From Bacilli bacterium (GTDB taxonomy: Bacteria > Bacillota_I > Bacilli_A > RFN20 > CAG-826): DNA of 64,000 bases. The DNA is taken from assembly GCA_017479485.1 (NCBI GenBank), contig JAFVCC010000084.1, positions 17,958 to 81,957 of the forward strand, given 5' to 3'. The first letter of the stretch is position 1. The number at the start of each line of letters is the position of its first letter. A program made the position numbers and the translations under genes. Shown piece by piece: positions 19,007 to 28,673 of this stretch. The notes under the pieces were generated by a model that saw only the letters and a program-made list of their open reading frames with translations, was not told the DNA's origin and ran no database searches.

Positions 19007-19732
19007 ATGAAAGCCATCCACTCGTTACTCCACGGAAAGAAAACACTCCTCTTCCTCGACCTAGAGGGAACCCAGTTCAGCCACGAAATGGTGGAGATTG
19101 GGGCGTACAAAGTGGTGCTTCGCGACGATGGTACCGTCAAAAAGGTCTTCAAGCCTTACCATGCTTACGTGCTGGCCAAGCACCATATCGGCCCCATCGT
19201 TTCCAAGCTCACAGGCCTCACCGATTTGAAGATCCGCCGCGAGGGAATTCCGTTCCGCCTCGTGCAGCAACAACTGAAAAAATACTTAGGGAAAGACTAT
19301 GAAACCTGCGTTCCGATCGCCTATGGAACCGAGGACGCCCACATCTTTCTCGCCTCGGCAGAGAACAACATGGACGCCTCCATGGATGACGCGAGGTTCT
19401 TCGCCCGCCGCTTCTTCGACTTCGCGGATTTCTTTGGCCAATACGTCCGCGGCAATGACGGCAACATCCTTTCGTTGACCCGCGCTTTGGCGGCGATGGA
19501 AGTCGAATTCGAGGGCACTGCCCATAGCGCACAAGCCGACGCCTATAACCTCTTGCTCCTCTACCAAGCCTTCATTTCGCGTCCCGACTTAATCCGTAAA
19601 TACTATAAAAACGCGGTTTCCCGCAATCCGCGCGTCCCGCGCTCCGTCCGCAAGATCATCGAGAAGCTCAATAACGGCGAGACCGTGACGCCCGAGGAGT
19701 GGGATAAGATTGCCCAAGAGGACATCGCATGA
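19007..19732 (+). CDS. DEDDh 3'-5' exonuclease, KapD/DnaQ-like
   Basis: 241 aa. Exo I 'LFLDLEGT', Exo II near 'YGTEDAH' and Exo III 'HSAQADAYN' (H-x4-D). Confidence 0.7.
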   Translation: MKAIHSLLHGKKTLLFLDLEGTQFSHEMVEIGAYKVVLRDDGTVKKVFKPYHAYVLAKHHIGPIVSKLTGLTDLKIRREGIPFRLVQQQLKKYLGKDYETCVPIAYGTEDAHIFLASAENNMDASMDDARFFARRFFDFADFFGQYVRGNDGNILSLTRALAAMEVEFEGTAHSAQADAYNLLLLYQAFISRPDLIRKYYKNAVSRNPRVPRSVRKIIEKLNNGETVTPEEWDKIAQEDIA

Positions 19733-20331
19733 GCGAGATCCATTATCCCGCGGGCATCCGTCCTCGCGCCGAGGCGCCTCAAAAGAAAGAGAACGGCAAA
19801 AAGAAACGCGTCTTAAAAGTCAGCGCCGGCAACCGCGGCATGGCCTTTGAAGCCGAAATCAACGAGACCAACGATTATTACCGTGAGAAAGGTCTGGCCG
19901 TTTTCCATAAGCGCCCCACCCCCATCAATATCGTCAAGGTGGACTATTCGCGCGGCGCCAAGATCACCGAAGCATATTTCGAAACCCAATCCACGACCGA
20001 CTATAATGGCGTTTACCGCGGACATTATGTCGATTTTGAAGCCAAATCGATCCGCGGCAAAACTTCTTTTCCCCTCGCGAACATCCCACCTCAGCAAATC
20101 GACCACCTCAAGCGCGTTTTAGCTCAAGGGGGCATCGGTTTCTTTCTCATCGACTTCGCGACGAAGAACACCGTCTACTTGCTCCCGGCGGAATATGTCA
20201 TCGACTTCTATGAAAAAAGGGAACGGGCATCCATTCCCCTAGAAGAAATCGAGAAGCATGGCAAGGTCGTGCCGATGGCCTATCGGCCCCGTTATGACTT
20301 TTTGCCTTTAATCGACGAGCTTTTCTTGTAA
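19729..20331 (+). CDS. recU: Holliday junction resolvase RecU
   Basis: 200 aa with RecU blocks 'GMAFEAEIN..NDYY' and 'DFEAKS'. Overlaps the upstream gene by 4 bp. Confidence 0.88.
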   Translation: MSEIHYPAGIRPRAEAPQKKENGKKKRVLKVSAGNRGMAFEAEINETNDYYREKGLAVFHKRPTPINIVKVDYSRGAKITEAYFETQSTTDYNGVYRGHYVDFEAKSIRGKTSFPLANIPPQQIDHLKRVLAQGGIGFFLIDFATKNTVYLLPAEYVIDFYEKRERASIPLEEIEKHGKVVPMAYRPRYDFLPLIDELFL

Positions 20332-20945
20332 TGCCGGCAACGCGCGGTGAGCTCGCAGCGTTCGCACTCAGGACGCACCGCGTGGCAGACTTCGCGGCCG
20401 AACAAAATGATCTGATAATGCAGGCGAATATGTTCTTCCTCCGGGAAGATTTTTTCTAACTTGGCTTCAATTTGCTCCGGGGTGTCGCTTTCTTTGGCGT
20501 ATCCCAGGCGTTTGGAGACGCGGGCGACGTGGGTATCGACGGCGATGGCGGGGATGCCAAAGCAAATCGCCCCGACGACGTTGCTCGTCTTCACCCCTAC
20601 TCCAGGGAGTTTGCGCATGGCTTCTTTATCCTCGGGGACTTCGCCGTTATGGCGTTCCACTAAAGCCTTCGATAAGCCGATGAGGTTTTTGGCTTTCGCG
20701 TGGTATAAGCCGATGCTGCGGATGAGTGGCTCAATGTCGGAAACCTCCGCCTTTGCCAAAGCAAAAGCGTCGGGATATGCAGCGAATAAAGCCGGCGTGA
20801 CTTTATTTACGGAAGCGTCGGTGGTCTGCGCGCTTAACATGACCGCGCAGAGGCATTCAAAAGGCGTCGAGAAATGCAAAGCGCACCCGGGTTCTGGGAA
20901 CAGGCGGTTCAGATAATCAAGCAATTCGCGATCAGTCGTCTTCAT
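20292..20945 (-). CDS. nth: endonuclease III
   Basis: HhH-GPD 'LPGVGVKTSNVV' and an FeS Cys cluster 'CHAVRPECERCELTARC'. Start chosen at MKTTDREL by alignment to Nth N-termini; the track ORF begins 14 codons earlier. Confidence 0.9.
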   Translation of the reverse strand: MKTTDRELLDYLNRLFPEPGCALHFSTPFECLCAVMLSAQTTDASVNKVTPALFAAYPDAFALAKAEVSDIEPLIRSIGLYHAKAKNLIGLSKALVERHNGEVPEDKEAMRKLPGVGVKTSNVVGAICFGIPAIAVDTHVARVSKRLGYAKESDTPEQIEAKLEKIFPEEEHIRLHYQIILFGREVCHAVRPECERCELTARCRHYKKSSSIKGKKS

Positions 20946-21597
20946 CGTTGATCCATTTGGCCTTGGCGATCTCAATCGTGCGTTCAATGTCTTCGTTCCA
21001 GGTATCGTTGACCACGGAATAGCCTTCGCTGGCGATATCTTCGCGAATCCGGCCGGAACGGAGGATTTTATCCACGGATTTGAGGGAGCGTTTCCGCTGG
21101 GAAAGAGCGTCTTCTAAAGCGTCGCGGATTTCTTTTTCGGTATATCCGGCGTCGAGCCAGTTGCCAATCAGGTCGTTCTCTAATGGAGACAAGACGCGGT
21201 TTAGGCGTTTTTCATAAACATCATAGAGGCGCGAAAGCGCGGCAGCCCTTTGCTCCGAAAGGAGGTTTTGGCGGTCCTTGGCTAAGGTGCGTTCAAAGGC
21301 TTTGTAGAGTTTTTCCTTTAACGGGGAAAGCGAAGTGCGCATGCCTTCGTCGCTCGTCTCATAAGAAAGGTATTCGTTTTTGACGAGCCCCGAGAGGATT
21401 TTATCGATCTCATGGGTCTTGAGATTCATCTTGAGACTCAATAGATCCGAAGTGACGAGGTCGTTTCCTTGGCGGAGCAAGTGATCAATCATAAAAAGCA
21501 CGGCAAGTTCGGTCTCGCTGAGCCCAAAGTTCCGATAGTTGTCGAGTAAAATGTAGGAGAAGTCGACGCCATCTCCGTGAAGGTCAATGTTCGCCAT
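20932..21597 (-). CDS. dnaD: replication initiation/membrane attachment protein DnaD (DnaD-domain)
   Basis: 221 aa with a DnaD-like winged-helix N-domain and a C-terminal DnaD domain ('YWLD.G'-like 'IGNWLDAGYTEKEI'). dnaD-nth adjacency as in Bacillus. Confidence 0.8.
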   Translation of the reverse strand: MANIDLHGDGVDFSYILLDNYRNFGLSETELAVLFMIDHLLRQGNDLVTSDLLSLKMNLKTHEIDKILSGLVKNEYLSYETSDEGMRTSLSPLKEKLYKAFERTLAKDRQNLLSEQRAAALSRLYDVYEKRLNRVLSPLENDLIGNWLDAGYTEKEIRDALEDALSQRKRSLKSVDKILRSGRIREDIASEGYSVVNDTWNEDIERTIEIAKAKWINDEDD

Positions 21598-21608
21598 AGC
21601 GAAATTAT

Positions 21609-22217
21609 CTACGCTTTCTTTTTCTCCATCAACACCTTCTCGGGGTTGAGCAAAGATAACTCCTCGCGCAGTTCTTCGATCGCCTTTGCGCTTTCTTCTT
21701 CGATATGGAAGCCAAGGCGCGAAGCAAACCGTTCCGCGCGAAGGATACGTAACGGATCTTCCTTGATGCGTTTACGGGGATCGCCGATGAAGCGGATCAC
21801 TTTCGCTTCTAAATCCGCAAGGCCCCCATGAAAATCGAAGATGTTTCCCTCGGGATCGATATAGAGGGCATTGATGGTGAAATCGCGTCGATAGGAATCT
21901 TCTTCGAGGCTTGTGATGAACTCGATATGGGAAGGGTGACGATGGTCTTCATACCCCCACTCTTTTCGTAACGTCGTGACGTCGCAGGAGGTTCCTAGGG
22001 ATGCGACTTTGACGCTGCCAAAGCAAGCGAAACGGTAATTCGCCTCGGGAAGGAATTCCTGCTCTTGCTGGGGCGTGGCGTCGGTAACAAAGTCAAAATC
22101 GCTGCAAATCCGGCCTAAAAGATGATCGCGGCTTGTCCCGCCAATCATATAGAGGCCATAGCCATGCTCGCGGTAGGTTTCCGCGAGGGAGAGGAATTCA
22201 GGAGGTAAGGGTTTCAT
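21609..22217 (-). CDS. minimal CCA/poly(A)-type nucleotidyltransferase (head plus neck motifs only, ~203 aa)
   Basis: 'GGTSRDHLLG' (GGxxRD), 'DFDFVTD', 'RRDFTINALY' and 'DPLRILRAERF' are present, but the protein ends right after the neck. Start taken at ATG 22217 (MKPLPPEF); the track start at 22259 is a TTG. Confidence 0.7.
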   Translation of the reverse strand: MKPLPPEFLSLAETYREHGYGLYMIGGTSRDHLLGRICSDFDFVTDATPQQEQEFLPEANYRFACFGSVKVASLGTSCDVTTLRKEWGYEDHRHPSHIEFITSLEEDSYRRDFTINALYIDPEGNIFDFHGGLADLEAKVIRFIGDPRKRIKEDPLRILRAERFASRLGFHIEEESAKAIEELREELSLLNPEKVLMEKKKA

Positions 22218-22264
22218 GGAATGAAAAGGGGCCTTGCGAGAAGGCCCCGGTCTCAGCAAAGAAC

Positions 22265-22537
22265 TTATTGGAGTTTTTCTTTGAGGGTTTTCGACGGTTT
22301 GAAGACGGCCGACTTGGAAGCGGGGATTTCGATCTTCGCGCGGGTGGAGGGGTTGGTGCCAGTGCGGGCGGCCCTTTCCTTCTTCTCGAAGACACCGAAG
22401 CCAGAGAGCTTCACGCTTTCGCCGCGGACGAGAGCATCAGCGATGAGGTCGAGGACACCGTCAAGGACGGCTTCGGCATCACGGGTAGAAACTTCCGCCT
22501 TTTCGGCGACGGCTTTAATTAATTCAGCTTTGTTCAT
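22265..22537 (-). CDS. hbs: DNA-binding protein HU
   Basis: 90 aa 'MNKAELI...GFGVFEKKERAARTGTNPSTRAKIEIPASK'. Confidence 0.95.
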   Translation of the reverse strand: MNKAELIKAVAEKAEVSTRDAEAVLDGVLDLIADALVRGESVKLSGFGVFEKKERAARTGTNPSTRAKIEIPASKSAVFKPSKTLKEKLQ

Positions 22538-22672
22538 GGACGAACCTCCTATGTGCTTGAATGTATCTAAAAGTTAGCATTACATCGGGAGTATTTCAAT
22601 ATGCATTGATAAAATATTGACAAATTTTTGTAAAAATATAGTTATTTTTCATCGAAAGAAAATAAAAACTTT

Positions 22673-22705
22673 TATAAAGGTGTATAAAAAACCACCGGTT
22701 TTATC
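22673..22705 (-). terminator. intrinsic terminator after der
   Basis: In minus sense, a CCAUCGG-AUAAAA-CCGGUGG hairpin followed by UUUUUUAUAC. Confidence 0.6.
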
Positions 22706-22723
22706 CGATGGCTTCTATATAGA

Positions 22724-24028
22724 TTACTGTTTTTGCCGGTAGACAATGTGAATCGGCGAACCGCTGTAGTCGAAACTGTTACGCAGCTGATTTTCCAAAT
22801 ATCGCGTGTAGGAGAAGTGCGCGAAGGAAGGATCGTTGCAGAACATGACGAAGGTCGGCGGGAAGGTGGACACCTGCGACGCATAGAGAATTTTGAGTCG
22901 GCCGTGGTTGAATTCCGGAGTCGGATTCATCGCTTGTGCGTCTTGGATGATCTGGTTGAGGATGGACGTGCTCACCCGACGCGAGCAAGATTCATAGGCC
23001 TGCTTCACCGCGGGAAGAATCTTCTCCACACCCCTGCCGGTTTGGGCAGAGACGAAGATGACTTGGGCGTAGTCGATGAACTTGAAGCGCTTCCGCAGTT
23101 CCTCTTCGAAGTCTTGCTGCTGAAGCCCTTTCGGGGCAAGGTCCCATTTATTGACGACCACCACGATGCCTTTATGGGCGTCCAGGGCATAGCCGCAGAC
23201 GTGGCGGTCTTGGTCGATGACGCCGGTAGAAGCGTCGATGACGAGCACCGCGACTTGGCTGCGGTCGATGGCCGCGAGGGCGCGGAGGGCGGCATATTTA
23301 TCTACCGCTTCATAGATGCGTCCTTTTTTGACCAGTCCCGCCGTATCAATGGCAACGTAGCGGACCCCGTCTTTTTCAAACGGTGTGTCGATGGAGTCGC
23401 GGGTGGTGCCCGCGAGATCTTTGACGATGACGCGTGTCTCACCTAAAAGGCGGTTGGTGAGCGAAGACTTGCCGACATTTGGACGGCCGATGAAGCTAAA
23501 TGCAATCGCGCCTTCAAGGTCATCTTCTTCCTCCGTAGGCAATAAGGAGACGATCTTATCGAGAAGATCGCCCACGCCGATGCCGTGAGACCCTGAGCAC
23601 GGGATGGGGTCGCCTAAGCCGAGGGAATAGAATTCCGTCGCCTCGGCGAGGAGGTCGGCGTTATCGATTTTATTGACCGCGAGCAACACGGGTTTGTCGC
23701 TGCGGTAGAGGATTTTGGCGACTTCCATGTCGTCGCTGGTGACGCCGACTTTGCCGTCGACAACGAAGACGATGACATCCGCTTCTTCGATCGCGATGGT
23801 CGCTTGGGCGCGGATTTCCTCTTGGAACGGGGCTTTTTTGATTTCGATGCCGCCGGTATCGACGAGACGGAATTTGCGGGTGAGCCATTCCGCCGTGCCA
23901 TAGAGGCGGTCGCGGGTGATGCCGGGGCTATCCTCTACGATGGAGAGGCGCTTCCCCAGCATGCGGTTGAATAAGGTGGATTTGCCGACGTTCGGCGCTC
24001 CCACAAGAGCAACAAGACCTAGTGGCAT
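22724..24028 (-). CDS. der: ribosome biogenesis GTPase Der (EngA)
   Basis: 434 aa with two tandem G domains ('GAPNVGKST', 'GRPNVGKSS') and a KH-like C-terminus. Confidence 0.95.
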   Translation of the reverse strand: MPLGLVALVGAPNVGKSTLFNRMLGKRLSIVEDSPGITRDRLYGTAEWLTRKFRLVDTGGIEIKKAPFQEEIRAQATIAIEEADVIVFVVDGKVGVTSDDMEVAKILYRSDKPVLLAVNKIDNADLLAEATEFYSLGLGDPIPCSGSHGIGVGDLLDKIVSLLPTEEEDDLEGAIAFSFIGRPNVGKSSLTNRLLGETRVIVKDLAGTTRDSIDTPFEKDGVRYVAIDTAGLVKKGRIYEAVDKYAALRALAAIDRSQVAVLVIDASTGVIDQDRHVCGYALDAHKGIVVVVNKWDLAPKGLQQQDFEEELRKRFKFIDYAQVIFVSAQTGRGVEKILPAVKQAYESCSRRVSTSILNQIIQDAQAMNPTPEFNHGRLKILYASQVSTFPPTFVMFCNDPSFAHFSYTRYLENQLRNSFDYSGSPIHIVYRQKQ

Positions 24029-24702
24029 GGAATCTCGATTCCCGTCTTCTCGTGGATGATGGCCAAAATGGCATCCACCACTTCTTCGATATTCAGCGGC
24101 GACGTATCTAATTCCACCGAATCCTCAGCTGGCTTTAAAGGAGCGAAGGCGCGGTGAGAGTCGATGTAGTCGCGTTTTTCCACGTCGGCGACGACATCCT
24201 CGAAGGAAGTTGGGATGCCTTTGCTGACGTTTTCGTCATAGCGGCGTTTGGCGCGGCATTCGACCGAGGCAATCTGAAAGATTTTCACTTCCGCATTTGG
24301 CAAGACATAGGTGCCGATATCGCGCCCATCCATGACCACCGATTTGGATGCGGCCATGGCGCGCTGCAAATCGACCATGGCAAGACGGATGTCCTTATAG
24401 GAAGCGATGTAGCTGACGTTAGAAGAGACGCGGGGCTCGCGGATGGCGCGGGTCACGTCGACGCCGTTGCAGACGACCGTCCCATCTTCAAACATATCGA
24501 TGCTCACTTCGGGAATGATGGAGCAAGAGGCTTTCTCATCCTGCGGATCGAGTCCTTTTTCCATGACCGCCCAGGTGAATGCGCGGTACATCGCGCCGGT
24601 ATCGATGTAAGTGAAATTCAAAATCTTGGCAACGCGCTTGGCGACCGTGGATTTTCCTGCGGCAGCAGGACCATCGATGGCAACGGAAATGTGCTTGTCC
24701 AT
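24019..24702 (-). CDS. cmk: cytidylate kinase
   Basis: P-loop 'IDGPAAAGKST' and Cmk blocks. Start chosen at MDKHISVAIDGP; the track ORF has a 17-codon upstream extension. Confidence 0.9.
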   Translation of the reverse strand: MDKHISVAIDGPAAAGKSTVAKRVAKILNFTYIDTGAMYRAFTWAVMEKGLDPQDEKASCSIIPEVSIDMFEDGTVVCNGVDVTRAIREPRVSSNVSYIASYKDIRLAMVDLQRAMAASKSVVMDGRDIGTYVLPNAEVKIFQIASVECRAKRRYDENVSKGIPTSFEDVVADVEKRDYIDSHRAFAPLKPAEDSVELDTSPLNIEEVVDAILAIIHEKTGIEIPCH

Positions 24703-24703
24703 G

Positions 24704-25006
24704 TTATTTCCTCCCTTGAAGCAAGAACCACCACACGACGAATATGGCGGCGACAACGAGCAAGCAAATGGCTTTGATGAGTAACCAGCGCTTGCGCCTT
24801 TTTAAATATAAGGAATAAGGTCCCGTGCGGTTGTGGCCTCCCTCTTCTTGAAGCGCAGCATCATAAGAAAAGGAGAGGTCGGGCAAAGTGGCGTCTTTCA
24901 CCGCCGCTTCGGCAGAAGAGTCAATCTTGCGCGGCTCGAATTCTTCAGGAGCCATCCGCTTGATCGACTCGCGGTATTTCGCGTAGCGTTCCATCCGGGT
25001 TTCCAT
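24704..25006 (-). CDS. hypothetical small membrane-anchored protein
   Basis: ~100 aa from METRMERYAKY, with a single C-terminal TM helix 'LLIKAICLLVVAAIFVVWWFLL'. No recognisable family, and the start is uncertain. Confidence 0.45.
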   Translation of the reverse strand: METRMERYAKYRESIKRMAPEEFEPRKIDSSAEAAVKDATLPDLSFSYDAALQEEGGHNRTGPYSLYLKRRKRWLLIKAICLLVVAAIFVVWWFLLQGRK

Positions 25007-25135
25007 GGCTTCAATTATCAATGAGTTTCTTCGAAATGTGTACCGAAAGGGAACGAAAAATGGACTTTTGCAACCGTTTTCATTTCCATTACCCCGGATA
25101 ACGGCCATGTAGCAGGGCCAAAAGGGAAGGGCTTG

Positions 25136-25164
25136 TTGTAAAAGAAAGGCCAACTTTCTATAAT
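25136..25164 (+). promoter_or_regulatory. sigma-A-type promoter for fer (TTGTAA-17-TATAAT)
   Basis: TTGTAA at 25136..25141, a 17-nt spacer and TATAAT at 25159..25164. GGAGGT SD at 25178, ATG at 25190. Confidence 0.6.
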
Positions 25165-25189
25165 GGTTTCGTTATCGGAGGTATATCCC

Positions 25190-25369
25190 ATGCCCAATTC
25201 CAAAATCGACAAGGACGTCTGCATCGGCTGTGGCCTTTGCGTCGGAACCCATCCCGAAATCTATGCGTTCGGTGATGATGGCAAAGCCGAAGTCATCGCT
25301 GATGGCGACGATGCGTCCATCGAGGATGCGGTTGCCAACTGCCCTGTTGGTGCCATCACTGCTGAATAA
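25190..25369 (+). CDS. fer: 4Fe-4S ferredoxin
   Basis: 60 aa 'MPNSKIDKDVCIGCGLCVGTHPEIYAF...NCPVGAI'. Single-cluster Bacillus-type ferredoxin. Confidence 0.9.
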   Translation: MPNSKIDKDVCIGCGLCVGTHPEIYAFGDDGKAEVIADGDDASIEDAVANCPVGAITAE

Positions 25370-25386
25370 GCGAAGCAACCTCTCAT

Positions 25387-25413
25387 AAGGCCGGGACCAC
25401 CGGCCTTTTTCTT
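25387..25413 (+). terminator. intrinsic terminator after fer
   Basis: AAGGCCGGGACCACCGGCCTT hairpin followed by TTTTCTT. Confidence 0.7.
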
Positions 25414-25418
25414 ATCCT

Positions 25419-26138
25419 TTAAAGCCGCTTCTTCTTGCCTTTTCCCTCGAAGCGCAGGAAGACATGGAGCGAGCGGTAGAGCAAGAAGGTCAAGATAATC
25501 ACGATGGCGTCTTTGAGCAAATTAAACGGCAGCACGGCGAAAAAGGCGTAGCTCCAGCCCGTATCGGTAATCGCGGGCACCGCTTTTTGCATCATCGAGA
25601 GCAAGGCGGGAAGCGGATAGCCCATCACGTTCGCGTAGAAAGGAATCATCACGTAGACGTTGAGGACCATCGCGACGAACACCTGCACGGCGGTGGCGAT
25701 GGCAAAGCCAATGGCCACGCCTTTGAGGTTGCGCTTCTTCTTATAGATCATGCAGGCAATCAAGACATAGACGGAAGAAAGAATTAGGTCGGTAAGCTCC
25801 CCTACTCCAAGCGTCTCAGGCACGCCATAGATGAGGAACTTCATCGCCGTCTTGATGACGATGACCAAGATGCCCGTCACCGGCCCATAGGCAAAGCCCG
25901 CAATAAAAGCCGGCACCTCGTCGAAGTGGAGCTCGAGGAAACTCGGGAAAAACGGTAGCTTCAGCTTAAAGATAGGAACCAGGTATAAAATCGCGGACAT
26001 TGCGCCGAAGATGGCGACGCGGGCGATGAGCTTCACCGGCGAGTAGGAACGGATGGGATTGCTCGCGGCGTAGACTTTCCCCGTAAACGCCACTAAGAGC
26101 AAGAACATCCCCAAAGCCAACAATTGAATCACGTCCAT
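25419..26138 (-). CDS. ribU: ECF transporter S component, probable riboflavin transporter
   Basis: 239 aa with 6 TM helices of an ECF substrate-capture component, immediately downstream of an FMN riboswitch. Confidence 0.75.
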   Translation of the reverse strand: MDVIQLLALGMFLLLVAFTGKVYAASNPIRSYSPVKLIARVAIFGAMSAILYLVPIFKLKLPFFPSFLELHFDEVPAFIAGFAYGPVTGILVIVIKTAMKFLIYGVPETLGVGELTDLILSSVYVLIACMIYKKKRNLKGVAIGFAIATAVQVFVAMVLNVYVMIPFYANVMGYPLPALLSMMQKAVPAITDTGWSYAFFAVLPFNLLKDAIVIILTFLLYRSLHVFLRFEGKGKKKRL

Positions 26139-26149
26139 AAAAAGAACCC

Positions 26150-26300
26150 CTTCCTTCAGGGGCGAGAAATAAGCGCAGAAACTTCTTTCCTCCGGACTTT
26201 ACCGTTGGCTCTGGAATCGCACCAGATCATGCTCGGGTGAGCTCGCGGGCTATACCGCCAGTCGACGAATTACACGCCGCCCTGAATATGCGTTCATTAT
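26150..26300 (-). promoter_or_regulatory. FMN riboswitch (RFN element) with a terminator/SD-sequestering helix
   Basis: rc reads AGGGCGGCGUGUAAUUCGUCGACUGGCGGUAUAGCCCGCGAGC...GGUGCGAUUCCAGAGCCAACGGUAAAGUCCGGAGGAAAGAAG, matching the RFN conserved blocks. It is followed by a CCCCUGAAGGAAGGGG hairpin and a U-tract overlapping the ribU SD/start. Confidence 0.75.
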
Positions 26301-26363
26301 AGGACGTTCGCTTATTAGGTAAAGAGGCAAAAGGGGCAAATATCGTCGCAAAAACCCATCCAT

Positions 26364-27170
26364 TTAGATTTTCTTCGCCTTTTTGAAGCGTTCTAGCTCG
26401 TCCGCATTAGAAAAGGTGAGAATCATTTGGTTGTCGTGGATTTGCACCTGATAGGGACGGGCAGGGCTCGTTTGGCCGCGAAGCGATTGGGCGAGCGCTT
26501 CGGTCTCGCGCACCGAAAGCCCTTCGCGAAGCACGCGTTTCCCCACTTCTTCCGCTTCCGAGGGCTCAAGCACCGCGAGGGCGCGGCCATGGCCATAGCT
26601 CATTTTGCCAAGGCATATGGCCTCAAGTAGTTCATCGGGGAGCTTCAGCATGCGGGAGATGTTGGAAATTTGGCAACGCGATTGGTGAGAAAGTTCAGCG
26701 AGGGTTTGCTGGGTATAGCCGAAATTTTGCTGCAAAGCCTGGCAAACTAACGCCATTTCAATCACGTTTCCTTCACGCTGGTCGCGGGTATCGGCGAGAA
26801 GCATCAGGAGCATTTCTTCGTCTTCGACCTCGGCAAACGTGCACGGAAGAGAAAGCATGCCCGCCCTTTTGGCGCCGAAGAAGCGTTTACGGCCAAGGAT
26901 GATTTCGTAACGGCCGTCTTCTTTCGTGCGCACGACGAGCGGGTTATAGAAGCCTTTTTCCTTCAGCCTGGAAGCAAAATAGTCCTGCGTTTCCTCCGTG
27001 AGCTTCACGCGGGATATGTAGGCGCAGTCATCGATCATCGCGGTCGGCAAAAGCTTCGCCGGTGCGCTTTGGTAACGCTTCTCGATTTCGGCGATGATGT
27101 TCTGTTGCGAAAACTTCGAAACCAGTTCGCTTAAAGACGAAGAAAGGATTTTGCTTTTACCTTTCTTCAT
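26364..27170 (-). CDS. parB: ParB/Spo0J-family partition protein (divergent)
   Basis: 268 aa with a ParB N-domain ('[27 protein letters not shown]') and an HTH ('[26 protein letters not shown]'). Confidence 0.8.
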   Translation of the reverse strand: MKKGKSKILSSSLSELVSKFSQQNIIAEIEKRYQSAPAKLLPTAMIDDCAYISRVKLTEETQDYFASRLKEKGFYNPLVVRTKEDGRYEIILGRKRFFGAKRAGMLSLPCTFAEVEDEEMLLMLLADTRDQREGNVIEMALVCQALQQNFGYTQQTLAELSHQSRCQISNISRMLKLPDELLEAICLGKMSYGHGRALAVLEPSEAEEVGKRVLREGLSVRETEALAQSLRGQTSPARPYQVQIHDNQMILTFSNADELERFKKAKKI

Positions 27171-27930
27171 GGTCGATGACCTCGCGGGCCAAACCGAAAT
27201 AGGCGATGGACCCTTGGCTGGTGGGACGGAATGAGGTCACGGGCATCTGCTTCGCCTGAGACTCCGAGACGGATTGGTTACGCGGGATGGAAACCAGGAA
27301 GGTGTTCTCTTTGAAAAGGCGCCGGACTTCGCTGGCGATTTCGGTTCCTAATGCGGTTCGGGCATCATACATCGTGAGCAGGAAACCTTCGATTTTTAAC
27401 CCAGGGTTCCACTGGTTTTGAACGTTGGAGATAGAGGAGAGGATCGCCGCGAGCGCCTCCATGGCGAAATATTCGCACTGGACTGGAATGAGCACGGAAT
27501 CCGCGCAGGTGAGAGCATTGATGGAAAGTAGGCCCAAAGAAGGCGGGCAATCGATGACGATGTAGTCGTATTTCTCCCGCACGGAGGAGAGCGCTTTGCC
27601 AAGCAACGCGAATGGTTCTTCCACCGGGGTGCGATACATCGACGCTTCTAACGATGCAAGGCGGAGGTTGGAGGGGAGAATATCGAGCCCCTCCACGCTA
27701 GAGCGGCAAATTGCTTCTTCACAGGAGAGCGATTCCGCGAGGCATTCATAGACCGTTTTCTTTAGGAGAGTAATATCCACGCCAAGGCCGCGCCCCGCAT
27801 TGCCTTGCGGGTCCATGTCGACCAAAAGCACCTTGCGCTTAAAGTGGGCTAAGGCGGAGGAAAGATTGATGGCGGTCGTGGTTTTCCCGACCCCTCCTTT
27901 TTGGTTGGCGATGGCGATGATGCGTGACAT
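27157..27930 (-). CDS. parA: ParA/Soj chromosome partitioning ATPase
   Basis: Deviant Walker A '[11 protein letters not shown]'. Start chosen at [13 protein letters not shown]; the track ORF has 13 extra N-terminal codons. Confidence 0.9.
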   Translation of the reverse strand: MSRIIAIANQKGGVGKTTTAINLSSALAHFKRKVLLVDMDPQGNAGRGLGVDITLLKKTVYECLAESLSCEEAICRSSVEGLDILPSNLRLASLEASMYRTPVEEPFALLGKALSSVREKYDYIVIDCPPSLGLLSINALTCADSVLIPVQCEYFAMEALAAILSSISNVQNQWNPGLKIEGFLLTMYDARTALGTEIASEVRRLFKENTFLVSIPRNQSVSESQAKQMPVTSFRPTSQGSIAYFGLAREVIDHEER

Positions 27931-27974
27931 AAAATGATGATACTCCCCGTGAAACGGTTTTTGTTTCACGAATT

Positions 27975-28673
27975 TTAGATTTTGACGCGCTGGATTTCAT
28001 CCCAGCGGCGCGGATATTTCTTGGACGTATGGTCGTCTTTAGCAAAGAAATAGTTGATGCGTTTATCTCCGGAAGGGAGTTCTCCTTCTTCGGTAGAGCG
28101 TAGCCTCAGATGCAATTTGGCGATGATGTTGGCCGCATCTTCGAGTTCTTCTTCGGCGCTTCTCCCCTTCATTGCGATGAGGGTGCCCGTGACATAGAGG
28201 AGCGGAGTCCCCACTTCGGCGAATACCCGTAACGAGGCGAAGCCACGGCTAATGACCGCATCGAAGGACTCGCGGTAGGCGGTTAGTTCCTCTACCCTGC
28301 CGCAAAGGAAAGAAAGATTATCGAGTTGCAGTTCTTTCTTTAAGGTTTCGAGGAACGCGAATTTCTTTTTCGTCGCGTCGATGAGGGTGACTTTGGCTTT
28401 GGGGAACGCTAAAGCGATCACGGCGCCAGGGAAGCCGGCACCGCTGCCCACGTCCGCCACTTTCCGCCCGTCAAAGCGATAAGACTTGGCGACCAGAAGC
28501 GAATCGAGGAAATGCTTTTCGATCACCTGTCCCTCCTCAACGATGGAGGTGAGGTTCATCTTCTGGTTCCATTCTTGGAGCAACGCACAGTATTTACGAA
28601 GGCCAGAAATGACCCGTTCATCCAGAACAAGGCCAAATCCTTTGCAGTATTCCACTAGTTCTTCGTAGGTCAT
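27975..28673 (-). CDS. rsmG: 16S rRNA (guanine527-N7)-methyltransferase
   Basis: 232 aa with a SAM motif '[12 protein letters not shown]' and GidB-family blocks. Confidence 0.92.
   Translation of the reverse strand: MTYEELVEYCKGFGLVLDERVISGLRKYCALLQEWNQKMNLTSIVEEGQVIEKHFLDSLLVAKSYRFDGRKVADVGSGAGFPGAVIALAFPKAKVTLIDATKKKFAFLETLKKELQLDNLSFLCGRVEELTAYRESFDAVISRGFASLRVFAEVGTPLLYVTGTLIAMKGRSAEEELEDAANIIAKLHLRLRSTEEGELPSGDKRINYFFAKDDHTSKKYPRRWDEIQRVKI

Noticed and set aside
22538-22723. 186-bp AT-rich intergenic region, a possible small RNA or insertion remnant.
   Set aside because: It is explained by the der terminator plus hbs promoter(s). No conserved ncRNA motif or ORF was seen.
24704-25153. 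149-aa version of the small membrane protein, and N-terminally extended track ORFs for cmk, nth, parA, sufS, sufC, the AKR, esterase 2, the ABC exporter and the PHP phosphatase.
   Set aside because: The extensions overlap upstream genes, lack SD sequences and are absent from homologues. Internal starts with an SD or family-consistent N-termini were preferred.
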